From the NCBI GenBank assembly GCA_964522635.1, contig CAZFWT010000004.1, positions 11,657-50,815 of the forward strand: a DNA stretch of 39,159 bases, read 5' to 3'. Of the stretch, positions 24,753 to 33,862 are shown piece by piece. Source of the DNA: an uncultured Halobacteria archaeon. Lineage in GTDB: Archaea; Halobacteriota; Syntropharchaeia; Alkanophagales; Methanospirareceae. The position numbers were made by a program, and so were the translations under genes. Position 1 is the stretch's first letter. Each line of letters opens with the position of its first letter. The notes beneath the pieces are model-generated. The model saw only the letters and a list, made by a program, of their open reading frames with translations, did no database searches and was not told the origin of the DNA.

Positions 24753-25646
24753 ATGTACAAGATCATGATGTTTGAGGGTGGCGTGTATAAATTCAACGAA
24801 CTCAAAGAGCTCGTCGAGGATATCGGCGGGTTCATACTTCAGGAATCGGTCATGCAGACCGAGACCATGCTGCACATGGCCTTCCCTGAGTATGAAGAGC
24901 GAACCATCAGGAACAAGATCAAGGATCTAGGCGGTAAATTCAAGGAGCTGCCGCTGGCCGGAACTGAGATCATGGTCGTTTCGCCCTCGCTCGGCAAGCA
25001 TCACGCGGTAAATCCGATGTGCGATGTCGCGGAATATCTGAGGCGGCAGGGCGCGATCACGATCGTCATGGGCCTGGCGCGGGGGGTAGGGAAGCGTATC
25101 GCGCAGATCACGGTGGAAGAGAAGAAGATCATTGAAGAATCTGATGGCGCCGTCTTTGTCTTCGGCAACTTTAAGGAATGTATCAGCGTGAAGGCTAAGC
25201 TCTGTGAGCAAGTAAACGTGCCCTACCTTATTGTGGGGGGGCCGCCAGATCTCGAGTTGCCACACTACTCGGGCGGTGTAGGCCGACGTACTGATCGGCT
25301 GCGAAGAGCAGAAGATATCGAATGCCTCGAGCGCATGACGACCGAACTCGATAAGAGACTCAATGAGAAGCGACAAGAGGTAGAAGAGGATCCATTGGCA
25401 GCTAATCCGCTCTTTGTGAAGGAGATGATCGAGATGATGGTGCCATCCAAAGCCGGGGAGGAACTGCCTATCACTGTCCAGCTGGACGGTTTACGCGTCA
25501 GTATCGACGAAGAAGAGCTCGGGAACATAAAAACCGTTGAGATAGGAACACGAAAGCTCTCTGAAATCGCGGAGATCAGGAAATCGCTTTTTAAGGGCTA
25601 TCTGGTGAAGATACGACCGGAGTCAGAGGTAGGGTGTATTTTCTAA
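24753..25646 (+). CDS. Methanogenesis marker protein 7-like (McrC paralog)
   Basis: 297 aa. The segment IMVVSPSLGKHHAVNPMCDVAEYLRRQG parallels McrC VIAVAMSPGYRHVPKPVCEITTELRGHG in this same window. Mmp7 is known as a McrC-related family of about 300 aa. Confidence 0.65.
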   Translation: MYKIMMFEGGVYKFNELKELVEDIGGFILQESVMQTETMLHMAFPEYEERTIRNKIKDLGGKFKELPLAGTEIMVVSPSLGKHHAVNPMCDVAEYLRRQGAITIVMGLARGVGKRIAQITVEEKKIIEESDGAVFVFGNFKECISVKAKLCEQVNVPYLIVGGPPDLELPHYSGGVGRRTDRLRRAEDIECLERMTTELDKRLNEKRQEVEEDPLAANPLFVKEMIEMMVPSKAGEELPITVQLDGLRVSIDEEELGNIKTVEIGTRKLSEIAEIRKSLFKGYLVKIRPESEVGCIF

Positions 25647-25694
25647 CCAGGGAGACCCCTGCCTTTCCACTGGAGTGGCTGCTTGTTGTACCTC

Positions 25695-26381
25695 TCAGGG
25701 GATAGTCTCGAGATACTGCTCAAAATCCTCGTATATGATGTTCCCCACGACAATAACGTCTGCATACCGCGACATCTCCTGAGTGGTCTCATGAGAGCTG
25801 ATGCCTCCGCCATAGAAGAGTGTTGCATGGGTTAAGACCTCGCCCACAGCCTTCACCACTGCTGGATCGCCGTATTTTCCGCTGTACTCCACGTAGACGA
25901 TGGGAATCCCGAGATAGTTCTCTGCGTACTGCGCGTAGGCAACCACCTCTTGAGGAGTGAGTATCGTCGTGGCCCTGGTGAGCTGCGCGACCGCTGAGTC
26001 AGGATTGAGCACAATGTATGCCTCAGCATAGACCTTCTCCCAGTTCACGGCATAATTCTGGATCCAGTCTTTGTGCTTCCCGACGATCCATTGTAAATCG
26101 CCGGTATTCAGCACCAGCGGTACGAAAATGAAATCAACATCGTCGTCAAGAACGGCCTCCGGGGTTGCAGGTTCCAGAATCTTCGGGATGTCAAATGCTC
26201 TGAGCTTCTCGATTAACCGAGCGACCTTCTTGTCGGTGATGTTCTGCGTGCCCGAGATCATAAGAGCATCTGTTCCGCTGTCCACGATCCGGCTCAACTG
26301 CGCGTCTGAGATATGCTTGTCAGGATCGAGCTTTGTAACGTGCTTCCACGTAGACCATGGCGGGATTTTTGCAGGACTCAT
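25695..26381 (-). CDS. Geranylgeranylglyceryl phosphate synthase (PcrB/GGGPS family)
   Basis: 228 aa. Contains WKHVTKLDPDK..., ...ALMISGTQ... and ...FYGGGISS...ADVIVVGN.... Confidence 0.8.
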   Translation of the reverse strand: MSPAKIPPWSTWKHVTKLDPDKHISDAQLSRIVDSGTDALMISGTQNITDKKVARLIEKLRAFDIPKILEPATPEAVLDDDVDFIFVPLVLNTGDLQWIVGKHKDWIQNYAVNWEKVYAEAYIVLNPDSAVAQLTRATTILTPQEVVAYAQYAENYLGIPIVYVEYSGKYGDPAVVKAVGEVLTHATLFYGGGISSHETTQEMSRYADVIVVGNIIYEDFEQYLETIP

Positions 26382-26416
26382 CTCTCGTTCACACTCACAC
26401 TGTAACGGTCGTTGGG

Positions 26417-26424
26417 TTATAAAT
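26417..26424 (-). promoter_or_regulatory. TATA box (atttataa on the minus strand) upstream of the GGGPS gene
   Basis: About 40 nt upstream of the ATG at 26381. Confidence 0.3.
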
Positions 26425-26557
26425 CACGCTGCTTCCTCTTGAGATCGAAGACCCGCGGATAGTGTCGATAATACAATACAATACAAACATTATACTCAAT
26501 AGCAGTCCAGGAGGGCTGCGCTTGTTAGGCCTGGGATAGTGATAGAGACGCTCTTTA

Positions 26558-27025
26558 TTACCGCATTTTTAGGAGCAGGACGTTTATCTTATCACCATGG
26601 TACCCCAGCACTCCACCTTCGGTATAGCTTCTCTTCACGCCTCTATGCCCTTTCCGGGGAGGATGCAGCCTGAATATGGGTTTTATGCCCTGAGCTGCCA
26701 GCTCCTTCATCGTTATTTGGCCGCTCCTCAAGGCCTGCGCAAGCTCAGTGAATGACGATACGGACGTCTTATCACGAATAATCTCTTCTGATAGCCTTTT
26801 ACCGCCTGTTACACGGCCGCGATTGCGCAGCAGGGTCTCAAGCATCTCTTCTGAGATCTCGCCCCAGGCCACATAATCCTTCACCTTTCGGATCATCCCG
26901 CGTGAATACTCGTTCTCTTCAGCTACCACACAGTGATTGACCCTGTGCAACCGGAGGAGCTCGAGCGTATACTTAATCTCAGGGCGGACATTCACATCTC
27001 CACGTATTCGAATAATTGCGAACAT
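26558..27025 (-). CDS. rpl30: 50S ribosomal protein L30 (uL30)
   Basis: 155 aa. Begins MFAIIRIRGDVNVRPEIKYTLELLRLHRVNHCVV.... Confidence 0.92.
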   Translation of the reverse strand: MFAIIRIRGDVNVRPEIKYTLELLRLHRVNHCVVAEENEYSRGMIRKVKDYVAWGEISEEMLETLLRNRGRVTGGKRLSEEIIRDKTSVSSFTELAQALRSGQITMKELAAQGIKPIFRLHPPRKGHRGVKRSYTEGGVLGYHGDKINVLLLKMR

Positions 27026-27038
27026 TGCTCTTTATCTA

Positions 27039-27689
27039 TCACTCCACAGTCTTCATGAGCGAGGTCTTGCGTAGCGCGTCGTAGGTGGCGTAGGCTTGAT
27101 TGAAGGTCGTCCTTGTCTGCCCTTTCGTTTGCCCCCAAACGTCCTTAACACCTGCGAATTCGAGGACGCGCTTAGGGACGTCCCCGGTGGCCAGGCCTAT
27201 GCCTTTTGGTGCAGGTTTCAGGGTAATCACGACGCTGCCCGCTTTCCCATCGATTTTAAAAGGAATCGAATGAGTCTCACCGCAGTTACACTCCCACGAG
27301 CCGCACCCACGTGTGATATGCGTAATCCCGAGCTTCGCGGCTCTCACCGCTTTTACTATTCCGTTTCGCACTAATGCGTCCTTTCCTAACCCGATCCCCA
27401 TATACCCATCGCGATCTCCTACGATGGCACATACCCGGAATTTGACACGGCGACCGGAATCGGTCATCCGCTGCACCAGATTGATATCCAGAACCTCCTC
27501 ACTCAGATCGGGCAGCAGTGTGTCTACAATCTGGTATTCTTTTACCGGATATTTTGATAAGAGCGCCGCTTCAATCGTGGTGATCTCGCCACTCTGGACG
27601 AGCATGCCCAGCCGTGTGGCAGGCTTCCACTCTTTTACTGCGCCCTCTTTATCATCATTGAATCGCTGTCTCGGTCTTCTCCCACTCAT
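27039..27689 (-). CDS. rps5: 30S ribosomal protein S5 (uS5)
   Basis: 216 aa. Contains ...[32 protein letters not shown].... Confidence 0.92.
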   Translation of the reverse strand: MSGRRPRQRFNDDKEGAVKEWKPATRLGMLVQSGEITTIEAALLSKYPVKEYQIVDTLLPDLSEEVLDINLVQRMTDSGRRVKFRVCAIVGDRDGYMGIGLGKDALVRNGIVKAVRAAKLGITHITRGCGSWECNCGETHSIPFKIDGKAGSVVITLKPAPKGIGLATGDVPKRVLEFAGVKDVWGQTKGQTRTTFNQAYATYDALRKTSLMKTVE

Positions 27690-28228
27690 TCTGTATTTTT
27701 GTCCCCCTCGCTCTCACTAATAGCTTCTTTAACAGCTCTGACCTGCTCGATATATGATGCATCATCAGTGAATGCACCTATTTGCTGGCCTGAAACCCGC
27801 TCTTCAGACGGGAACACGACAGGGTCATGAGGGATATTCATCCCACTATCAATGGCTCCTTTCAATGCTGCGTAAACGTTGGATCCATGTATCGGTGTCT
27901 GGCGGCCTATATCGAGAATCCCGTGCTCGTAGCCCGTCTCGCGCGCACGTTTCCCAAACACGAGCCCGGTCAAGTAGGCGGCGGAGCAATTTGATAAGCT
28001 ACCTTTATAACCTAACCTCACCAATTCCGAGGAATTCACGGTGATGAGCGTATTATCCCCGACTGGCTCGGTCGAGATAAGTTGCATTCGTATGTATCGA
28101 TTACTCTTCCGCACGACGACACGAGGAATCCGGCTCAAGAGCAACCGAAGCCGGCGTCGATAATCGGTCTTCCCTTCCCGTCTGCGGCGGAAGGGCACGC
28201 GGTAGGTTGGACTCCCTGCTTTCACCAT
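27686..28228 (-). CDS. rpl18: 50S ribosomal protein L18 (uL18)
   Basis: 180 aa. Begins [30 protein letters not shown].... It has a 4-nt overlap with the rps5 start. Confidence 0.92.
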   Translation of the reverse strand: MVKAGSPTYRVPFRRRREGKTDYRRRLRLLLSRIPRVVVRKSNRYIRMQLISTEPVGDNTLITVNSSELVRLGYKGSLSNCSAAYLTGLVFGKRARETGYEHGILDIGRQTPIHGSNVYAALKGAIDSGMNIPHDPVVFPSEERVSGQQIGAFTDDASYIEQVRAVKEAISESEGDKNTE

Positions 28229-28236
28229 CTGTTATT

Positions 28237-28698
28237 TTATGCCTCCTCCCGGGCGAGCAGCTCATGGGCGGCTATATAATCGTTCAGGTGTGCAACGTTC
28301 CTGAAGTCTCCACCATTCGCCTTGTTATAGAGCATACGATACGCGGTTTTATCAATAGACTCATCAGCACGCAACTCCTTCAAGCGGCGCCTCAGCGCGC
28401 GGATCTTGGACATCCAATGCTCCTTCTTGTTTGTCCGTGCCCCCCGAGCACCCTTTCTGCTGCCATGACCTTTGCGCCGCCCCATAGACTTCTGCCGCGC
28501 TATTACCCGAGTCCTTCCTCTGCTAATACCTTGCTTCTGGATCTTCTGGATGACGCCATCTTCGATCAGGCCTCGGATATCGTCGCGTGTTATAGCCTCC
28601 GCTACGTCCCCCCCTGCTTCCGGGTCGATCCAGACACGGCCCAGCCCTACATGGAGGACCGTCGCTGCGATTCTCCGCTGCTTCGTGAGATTGACCAT
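28237..28698 (-). CDS. rpl19e: 50S ribosomal protein L19e (eL19)
   Basis: 153 aa. Begins MVNLTKQRRIAATVLHVGLGRVWIDPE.... Confidence 0.92.
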   Translation of the reverse strand: MVNLTKQRRIAATVLHVGLGRVWIDPEAGGDVAEAITRDDIRGLIEDGVIQKIQKQGISRGRTRVIARQKSMGRRKGHGSRKGARGARTNKKEHWMSKIRALRRRLKELRADESIDKTAYRMLYNKANGGDFRNVAHLNDYIAAHELLAREEA

Positions 28699-28740
28699 CA
28701 GTCTTATCCTATCACGCTTTTCAGACCTTTGCTACACCCG

Positions 28741-29991
28741 TCATGCCGTCGCGGGTGCCAAGAGGTTATCAAGACCCTTCTTTACTATTCCTACTTTACC
28801 TATATCTTTTTTTAATCCTGAGAGGGCAGACTCTAGGGACTGAAACCCCGTGATGTGCCACCGTTCGAGGAGCTCGATATCGAGCTCAGAGACCACTGCA
28901 AGGTCTATCTTCTCCATCACCTTACGAATATAAAACGCTTTGTGGCCCCCCAGCACAAATAGTGTTTGGATAGCTTTCTCAGCGGCGGCATAAGTAGGGT
29001 AGGTATCCATCCACCGGGCGAAGAGCTGATCGCCGACGCCTTCGGGGCATTCAGCGACGAGCAGCAGAGTTCCGCCGGGGGTGACGGCTCGGTAGCAGTT
29101 CTCAATCGCTTTGGCAGCTTGATAGAGATTTCTATCCTTTGGTGATCCGCCGGCGCTGACAATAAGCAGATCGTAGAGCGCGTCTGAGGTGCGGCAGAAG
29201 AGCGCGCGAGCATAAGCAACACCCTGCAGGAACGCTCGATCAAAGGAGCCTGCGTAGGCCTGATCAACATGATCAGGAGCTGAGCAGATCACGTTAAGGA
29301 TGAAATCGGGAGGTGCAAGGTGCGCTGCTTCCATCATATCGAGATGGACAGGGTTTCCTTCGAGGTTCGCCGTCCTGGCTTGCTCGTGGACAAGCAGTGC
29401 ATGGTTCGCCTGGATGGTCTCTCGCGCAGCAATCCCCGGGAGGATGCTCTTCCGCCCTCCCCCGAACCCCGCGTAATAATGCAGGGTAATATCACCCGTC
29501 AAAATCTTTATATCCGCGTTCATGTAGACGCTATTGAGCTTTACGGGTGTGCCCCGGCTGGTCGTTCCAACAGCGGTTAGATCAGGAGCATCACCGTCAT
29601 GAATGCTGAACGGCAGAAGCCCGAAGTAGTTGCCCAGTATGCGGTGCATATCAGCATCAGAGGGTGGCTGATGAGTCCCGCAGGCGACCAAGACCGTTAT
29701 ACGGTCCCCAGCATCTTCCCCCAGCTCTTCTATTAACGCAGAGAGCATGAGTTCCGTAGGTGCAGCTCGGGTATGATCATCGACCACGATAACGATCGAG
29801 GGCGCAGCCTTTCTGGCGGCAAGCTCGTGGAGCGGTAGCGTCCCAAGCGGATTTCTAAGTGCCGCTCTGAGGCACTCTAATGGCGGGAGCTTTCTCTTGT
29901 TGGGGTCGTCTTGAGCCTCGATGTCCAGCACGTCAGCCTCGAGCTCGAACTCAAGCGTGCCGTGTCCGTACGGTAGCTGGATGTGTGGCAT
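28741..29991 (-). CDS. larA: LarA-like nickel-dependent racemase/epimerase family protein (DUF2088)
   Basis: 416 aa. Contains ...IVIVVDDHTRAAP..., ...LVACGTHQP... and ...TLHYYAGFGGGRKSILPGIA.... Confidence 0.7.
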   Translation of the reverse strand: MPHIQLPYGHGTLEFELEADVLDIEAQDDPNKRKLPPLECLRAALRNPLGTLPLHELAARKAAPSIVIVVDDHTRAAPTELMLSALIEELGEDAGDRITVLVACGTHQPPSDADMHRILGNYFGLLPFSIHDGDAPDLTAVGTTSRGTPVKLNSVYMNADIKILTGDITLHYYAGFGGGRKSILPGIAARETIQANHALLVHEQARTANLEGNPVHLDMMEAAHLAPPDFILNVICSAPDHVDQAYAGSFDRAFLQGVAYARALFCRTSDALYDLLIVSAGGSPKDRNLYQAAKAIENCYRAVTPGGTLLLVAECPEGVGDQLFARWMDTYPTYAAAEKAIQTLFVLGGHKAFYIRKVMEKIDLAVVSELDIELLERWHITGFQSLESALSGLKKDIGKVGIVKKGLDNLLAPATA

Positions 29992-30213
29992 GGTATGGTA
30001 TAGTTATTCTATGGTTTTTGGGCATTAAATCGTTTTAGACACGCGCGGAGGGCCCCGCCAGGCAATCTCCTCGGGAGACGTCGATGATCCCAAACAGCAT
30101 GATCAGAGGAGAGCTCTTGGGTTACGAAAGCGTGTTCCAGTGGAAAAGTGGGGGTCTCCGGGTTGAGAGTTAGGCTGGGCGAGGGAAATAACTTCGTGTG
30201 AGGGGGCGGCAAC

Positions 30214-31059
30214 CTAAATAAGCGGTCGAGGTTGCTTCTCTTCCGGGAGCACGGGTATTCGCATGGTATTAACCACGAGTGGTGAATCAACCTCCTTCGC
30301 GCGCTCGAGCAGTACTTCTTTGCCCCTGGTGGTGAGTGCGAAGATCGGTATTGCGGTACCAGCCTGTAGCAGAGCTTTACGTGGCGCGAGCTCGCGAATA
30401 TGCGCCGAGGCGCACGCGGTGATCAGATCTACGGTCTCGCAGAGGGCTTCTGTGGCGTCGCGAGCGATACCCGTGAGATGCACGCCGAAGAGCAGGGCTG
30501 AGGAGCTGAGGGCACGGCAGCGCTGCGCGGTCGCCAGATCCGCAACGGTGACACCCACGCTTGTATGGCCGGAGTCAAGCGCGTTTTGCAACCCGGCGAC
30601 CTGATCTATTCGGGGCAGATCGAGTACCACGCCGCCATGCGCCTCGATCTTTTGGATAATGCCTTTTACCGGACAGGTCTCGATCACCCCGCTCAGGCGC
30701 GCACCGATGCCCTGGACCAGCGAGGGATTCGAGGTGATCACCGTCCCGGCCCCTTCGCAGACGGTAACGGTGCTATCGAGCAGGTGACGGCGGAGAGCGG
30801 TCATGAAGGTTTCGGAGGCGCCGAACCCAACAAACGTATCCAGCTCCACGATGCGGTCTTTGGTGCAGAGTCCGAAGTCCCGGATCCTGAAGGCAATATT
30901 TTCTCTTATACGCTCCTCTGTGAGCTCAGGAATACCACGCATCTTCTCCCACAACCGGCAATACCGGATCAGGGGCTCGCTGACCTCGACCACCTCGCCG
31001 TCTTCAACGACGATGCGAGCTCGACCCAGAGCTTCAAAGACGTGACGTTCCTTTGTCAT
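30214..31059 (-). CDS. Methanogenesis marker protein 8-like (DUF2099)
   Basis: 281 aa. MTKERHVFEALGRARIVVEDGEVVEVSEPLIRYCRLWEKMRGI...IAFRIRDFGLCT... matches my recollection of the DUF2099/Mmp8 N-terminus. Confidence 0.5.
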   Translation of the reverse strand: MTKERHVFEALGRARIVVEDGEVVEVSEPLIRYCRLWEKMRGIPELTEERIRENIAFRIRDFGLCTKDRIVELDTFVGFGASETFMTALRRHLLDSTVTVCEGAGTVITSNPSLVQGIGARLSGVIETCPVKGIIQKIEAHGGVVLDLPRIDQVAGLQNALDSGHTSVGVTVADLATAQRCRALSSSALLFGVHLTGIARDATEALCETVDLITACASAHIRELAPRKALLQAGTAIPIFALTTRGKEVLLERAKEVDSPLVVNTMRIPVLPEEKQPRPLI

Positions 31060-31163
31060 CGTTTTGTGTACGTAACTCTAACTCAGGCAGAAAAGTTAAA
31101 GGTAGAGTGGGCGCTTGAGTTACTTACCGCAGAGCTTTGATCTTTAAATCACCACGGTGCGCC

Positions 31164-32117
31164 ATGAGGTTGGACTTAACGGGGGAGGCAAGGGATGCGA
31201 TCGAGCGAGCAGGTGAGGTGCAGTATTCAGCTATTAATAGGGCTAATGGCATCTCGCCTGATGCGTTCTTCTCGCTTCTGGAAGAGCTCCTCCAGTTCAT
31301 CCTGACCTTTGAGGAAGCGATAGGGATGCAGGGTGCGCGCAGCCGCGTGGGTGAGCGACTTCACGAGGCGATCAGCTCGACCAGGACAACGGTGGAGCAG
31401 CATCTCGCAAATCAGTACTTCTCACTGTACCTGATCCCCACGGACACAGCCTACATCTTGATGGAGAACTACGAGCTGGAGCGGCTGCGCTTGCGGCTCA
31501 CGAGCAGCTATCGGGGGTACGATTTCACGGTGTTGCGATTCTTGCTGACCCGTGTGGTTCATGAAGACACGCATGCGCATCTCCACAGGACGGATTATGC
31601 GCGGTTGTTCGCGGAGCTGGTGGATCACACGCAGGCCAGGCTGGAGGATGCTCAGCTCCCCGCGCGGGTGACACTGCGAGAGGCCCCGGAGGACTTGACG
31701 GCGCCGATGTTTCTGAAGGAGCGTGAGGAGGTGGCGGCGCGAAACATGCAACGCTTTGCCTTGAACGCGTACTTAAAGGAGTTTTACGAGCGCAATCCCG
31801 CGCGGTATGGCTTGCTGGGCGTGCCGCTGTTTCTGCCGCCGCATCCCGTGGTCGTCGAGGAGATAAAGCGGGCAACGCATGGTAAGGTAGCGTTTAGGAG
31901 CGGATTCGTGAGCAGTTATCGTAAGGTCCTGGCTGAGTATGTAGGGGCTATAGCGTCGAGTAAGGACGGCATCTACGAAAGCGCGCGGAGGTACCTGCAA
32001 TCGCGTACCGAAGCGCTGAGAGCCCAGGCGCAGCAGTGTGTGGAGGGCGATTACAGCGGTGTGAAGGCTCAGGAGTGTGAGCTCGTCTGGCGGCCGGGGC
32101 GCGGCATGAAGGTATAG
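31164..32117 (+). CDS. Hypothetical protein (about 317 aa)
   Basis: Start at MRLDLTGEAR (31164) is favoured by a ctttaaat TATA-like element about 20 nt upstream; the track start is 31137. It ends 10 nt before ksgA. I recognise no family. Confidence 0.55.
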   Translation: MRLDLTGEARDAIERAGEVQYSAINRANGISPDAFFSLLEELLQFILTFEEAIGMQGARSRVGERLHEAISSTRTTVEQHLANQYFSLYLIPTDTAYILMENYELERLRLRLTSSYRGYDFTVLRFLLTRVVHEDTHAHLHRTDYARLFAELVDHTQARLEDAQLPARVTLREAPEDLTAPMFLKEREEVAARNMQRFALNAYLKEFYERNPARYGLLGVPLFLPPHPVVVEEIKRATHGKVAFRSGFVSSYRKVLAEYVGAIASSKDGIYESARRYLQSRTEALRAQAQQCVEGDYSGVKAQECELVWRPGRGMKV

Positions 32118-32127
32118 GAGCACGGAA

Positions 32128-32919
32128 ATGGACGTCAGGAACATGCTCAACGAGCGAGGGATACGACCTGAGCGACGTCTCGGCCAGTACTTCCTGGCGG
32201 ACGAGGGTGTTGCAACGCGAATGGTCACGTATGCCGCAGTGACGCGTAACGATATCGTTTTAGAGATCGGAGCAGGCGCGGGGAGTCTTACCGAGCACCT
32301 GAACCGGGCGGCGAAGAGGGTGTATGCGGTGGAGAAGGATCAGGCACTGGTGGCGCTACTCAGGGTGCGGTTTGAGACGGAAGCGAGTGTAACGGAGATA
32401 CTGGAAGGTGACGTGCTGGAGCTCCCATTACCGGTGTTCGACAAAGTGGTCTCCAGCATACCCTTCATGATCTCAGCGCGGCTCACGTACAAGCTCCTGT
32501 GCCGTGAGGCCGGTTTTGGGCTCGCTGTGCTGCTGGTGCAGCGGGAGTTTGCGGAGAAGTTGGTGGCGGCACCTCGGGCGAACGCATACGGCCGTCTCTC
32601 GGTACTGGCACAGGCGCTTACGGATGTGGCGATTTTGGAGACGGTACCACGTGGAGCGTTCTATCCGCCAGCACCGGTGATCGGGGCGGTGGTGCGGCTG
32701 CAGGAGAGCGAGGCGAAGAGGGATCGTATAGGAGATAAGGCGCAGTTCTTCGAGTTCGTGACGGCGGCATTTGCGCAGCGGCGGAAGAAGTTGAAGGCAA
32801 TTTTTACGGGCAGGTTGGGGGAAGAGCGCGCGACGTGGGGGGAATTACAGCAGCGGCCGGAGGAGCTGACGCCGGAGGCGTTTGTACGACTGGCGCAGTG
32901 GCTCACGAGTGAGCATTAG
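32128..32919 (+). CDS. ksgA: 16S rRNA (adenine-N6,N6)-dimethyltransferase (KsgA/RsmA/Dim1)
   Basis: 263 aa. Contains RRLGQYFLADEGVATRMV...VLEIGAGAGSLTEHL...VSSIPFMISARL.... Confidence 0.88.
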   Translation: MDVRNMLNERGIRPERRLGQYFLADEGVATRMVTYAAVTRNDIVLEIGAGAGSLTEHLNRAAKRVYAVEKDQALVALLRVRFETEASVTEILEGDVLELPLPVFDKVVSSIPFMISARLTYKLLCREAGFGLAVLLVQREFAEKLVAAPRANAYGRLSVLAQALTDVAILETVPRGAFYPPAPVIGAVVRLQESEAKRDRIGDKAQFFEFVTAAFAQRRKKLKAIFTGRLGEERATWGELQQRPEELTPEAFVRLAQWLTSEH

Positions 32920-33770
32920 ACCCCAAGCATCATTCTGAGCGTGTTTCTGACCGCAGGTGCCAGGCCGATCATGAGGAGCGCGAGCAGCACGAGATACCTG
33001 AGCGCTCCTTCCTCCTCTTCAGTGAACTCTGTATCGAGCACGTAGAGAACGGGGAGGAGAATCCCGAGCTTGAGGAGATACATGCCCGCGGCGGTGCCCG
33101 TATATTCGACAATCAGCCCTTCGATCACGTGCTTGCCTGCGTACCCGAGCAGATCGATCCCGATGTAGGATGACGTGGCGTCGAGCAGATGTGCAGCAAT
33201 AACGGCGAGATTCAGGCGATCGGAGAGGAATCGGATGTTATATTTCGAGGCGAGCGCATAGATCGCACCGGTGAGCGCGGTGGCGATGCCAATAACGGCG
33301 ACGGGCACCCACGGCACCTCGATGCTCGCGAACCAGATCAGGAGCGCGAGATTAGCAAGGCACCAGAGCAGCCCGAAGAGCCCGAACACGTGCGTGTATT
33401 GTATGTTCACGACGCGGCGTGCTTGCGCGATCTGCACGGCGAGGATGAGTAGGAAGAGGCAGCAGCCGAAGAGGAGGAAGAAGATGAGGGGCGTGATGAG
33501 CAGGTAGCTCAGTGGCGGCCTCACGAATTCCGCGTCCTCGATAACACGCAGTGTCGCACCGACCACGATATAGGGCACGACAGCAGCAATGAACCGCCTG
33601 TCGATCTGGATTTTGAGCAGCTGCAGCAGTTTCAAGGTGAGGAAGAGGAAGGCGACGAGGACGAGCGCCCATGTGATGGTGTTCACGGGATTATAGCCGG
33701 TATCGTGGGTGATGGGTTGGATGTAGTAGGTGGTGATAAACTCGCGGAGTGCGTCGATCATCCTCTTCAC
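32916..33770 (-). CDS. DUF63-family archaeal membrane protein
   Basis: 284 aa polytopic. N-terminal ...YYIQPITHDTGYNPVNTITWALVL... is recalled as DUF63. Confidence 0.55.
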   Translation of the reverse strand: MKRMIDALREFITTYYIQPITHDTGYNPVNTITWALVLVAFLFLTLKLLQLLKIQIDRRFIAAVVPYIVVGATLRVIEDAEFVRPPLSYLLITPLIFFLLFGCCLFLLILAVQIAQARRVVNIQYTHVFGLFGLLWCLANLALLIWFASIEVPWVPVAVIGIATALTGAIYALASKYNIRFLSDRLNLAVIAAHLLDATSSYIGIDLLGYAGKHVIEGLIVEYTGTAAGMYLLKLGILLPVLYVLDTEFTEEEEGALRYLVLLALLMIGLAPAVRNTLRMMLGV

Positions 33771-33862
33771 GGATGTAAAATATTGAGTAGCGAGATGGAA
33801 AAGGTTAGGGAAAGGTTAAATACGAACTCGGCCAGAACCTAACAGTGAGGTGGCGATAAAAG

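Noticed and set aside
30080-30112. Possible C/D-box sRNA (gatgatc ... catgatcagagg).
   Set aside because: The boxes do not match the RUGAUGA / CUGA consensus. There is no terminal stem or proper C'/D' spacing.
30009-30290. 93-aa minus-strand ORF in the larA/Mmp8-like spacer.
   Set aside because: It overlaps the 3' end of the Mmp8-like gene, and its Pro/Arg/Ser-rich translation has no start context. I treated the region as non-coding.
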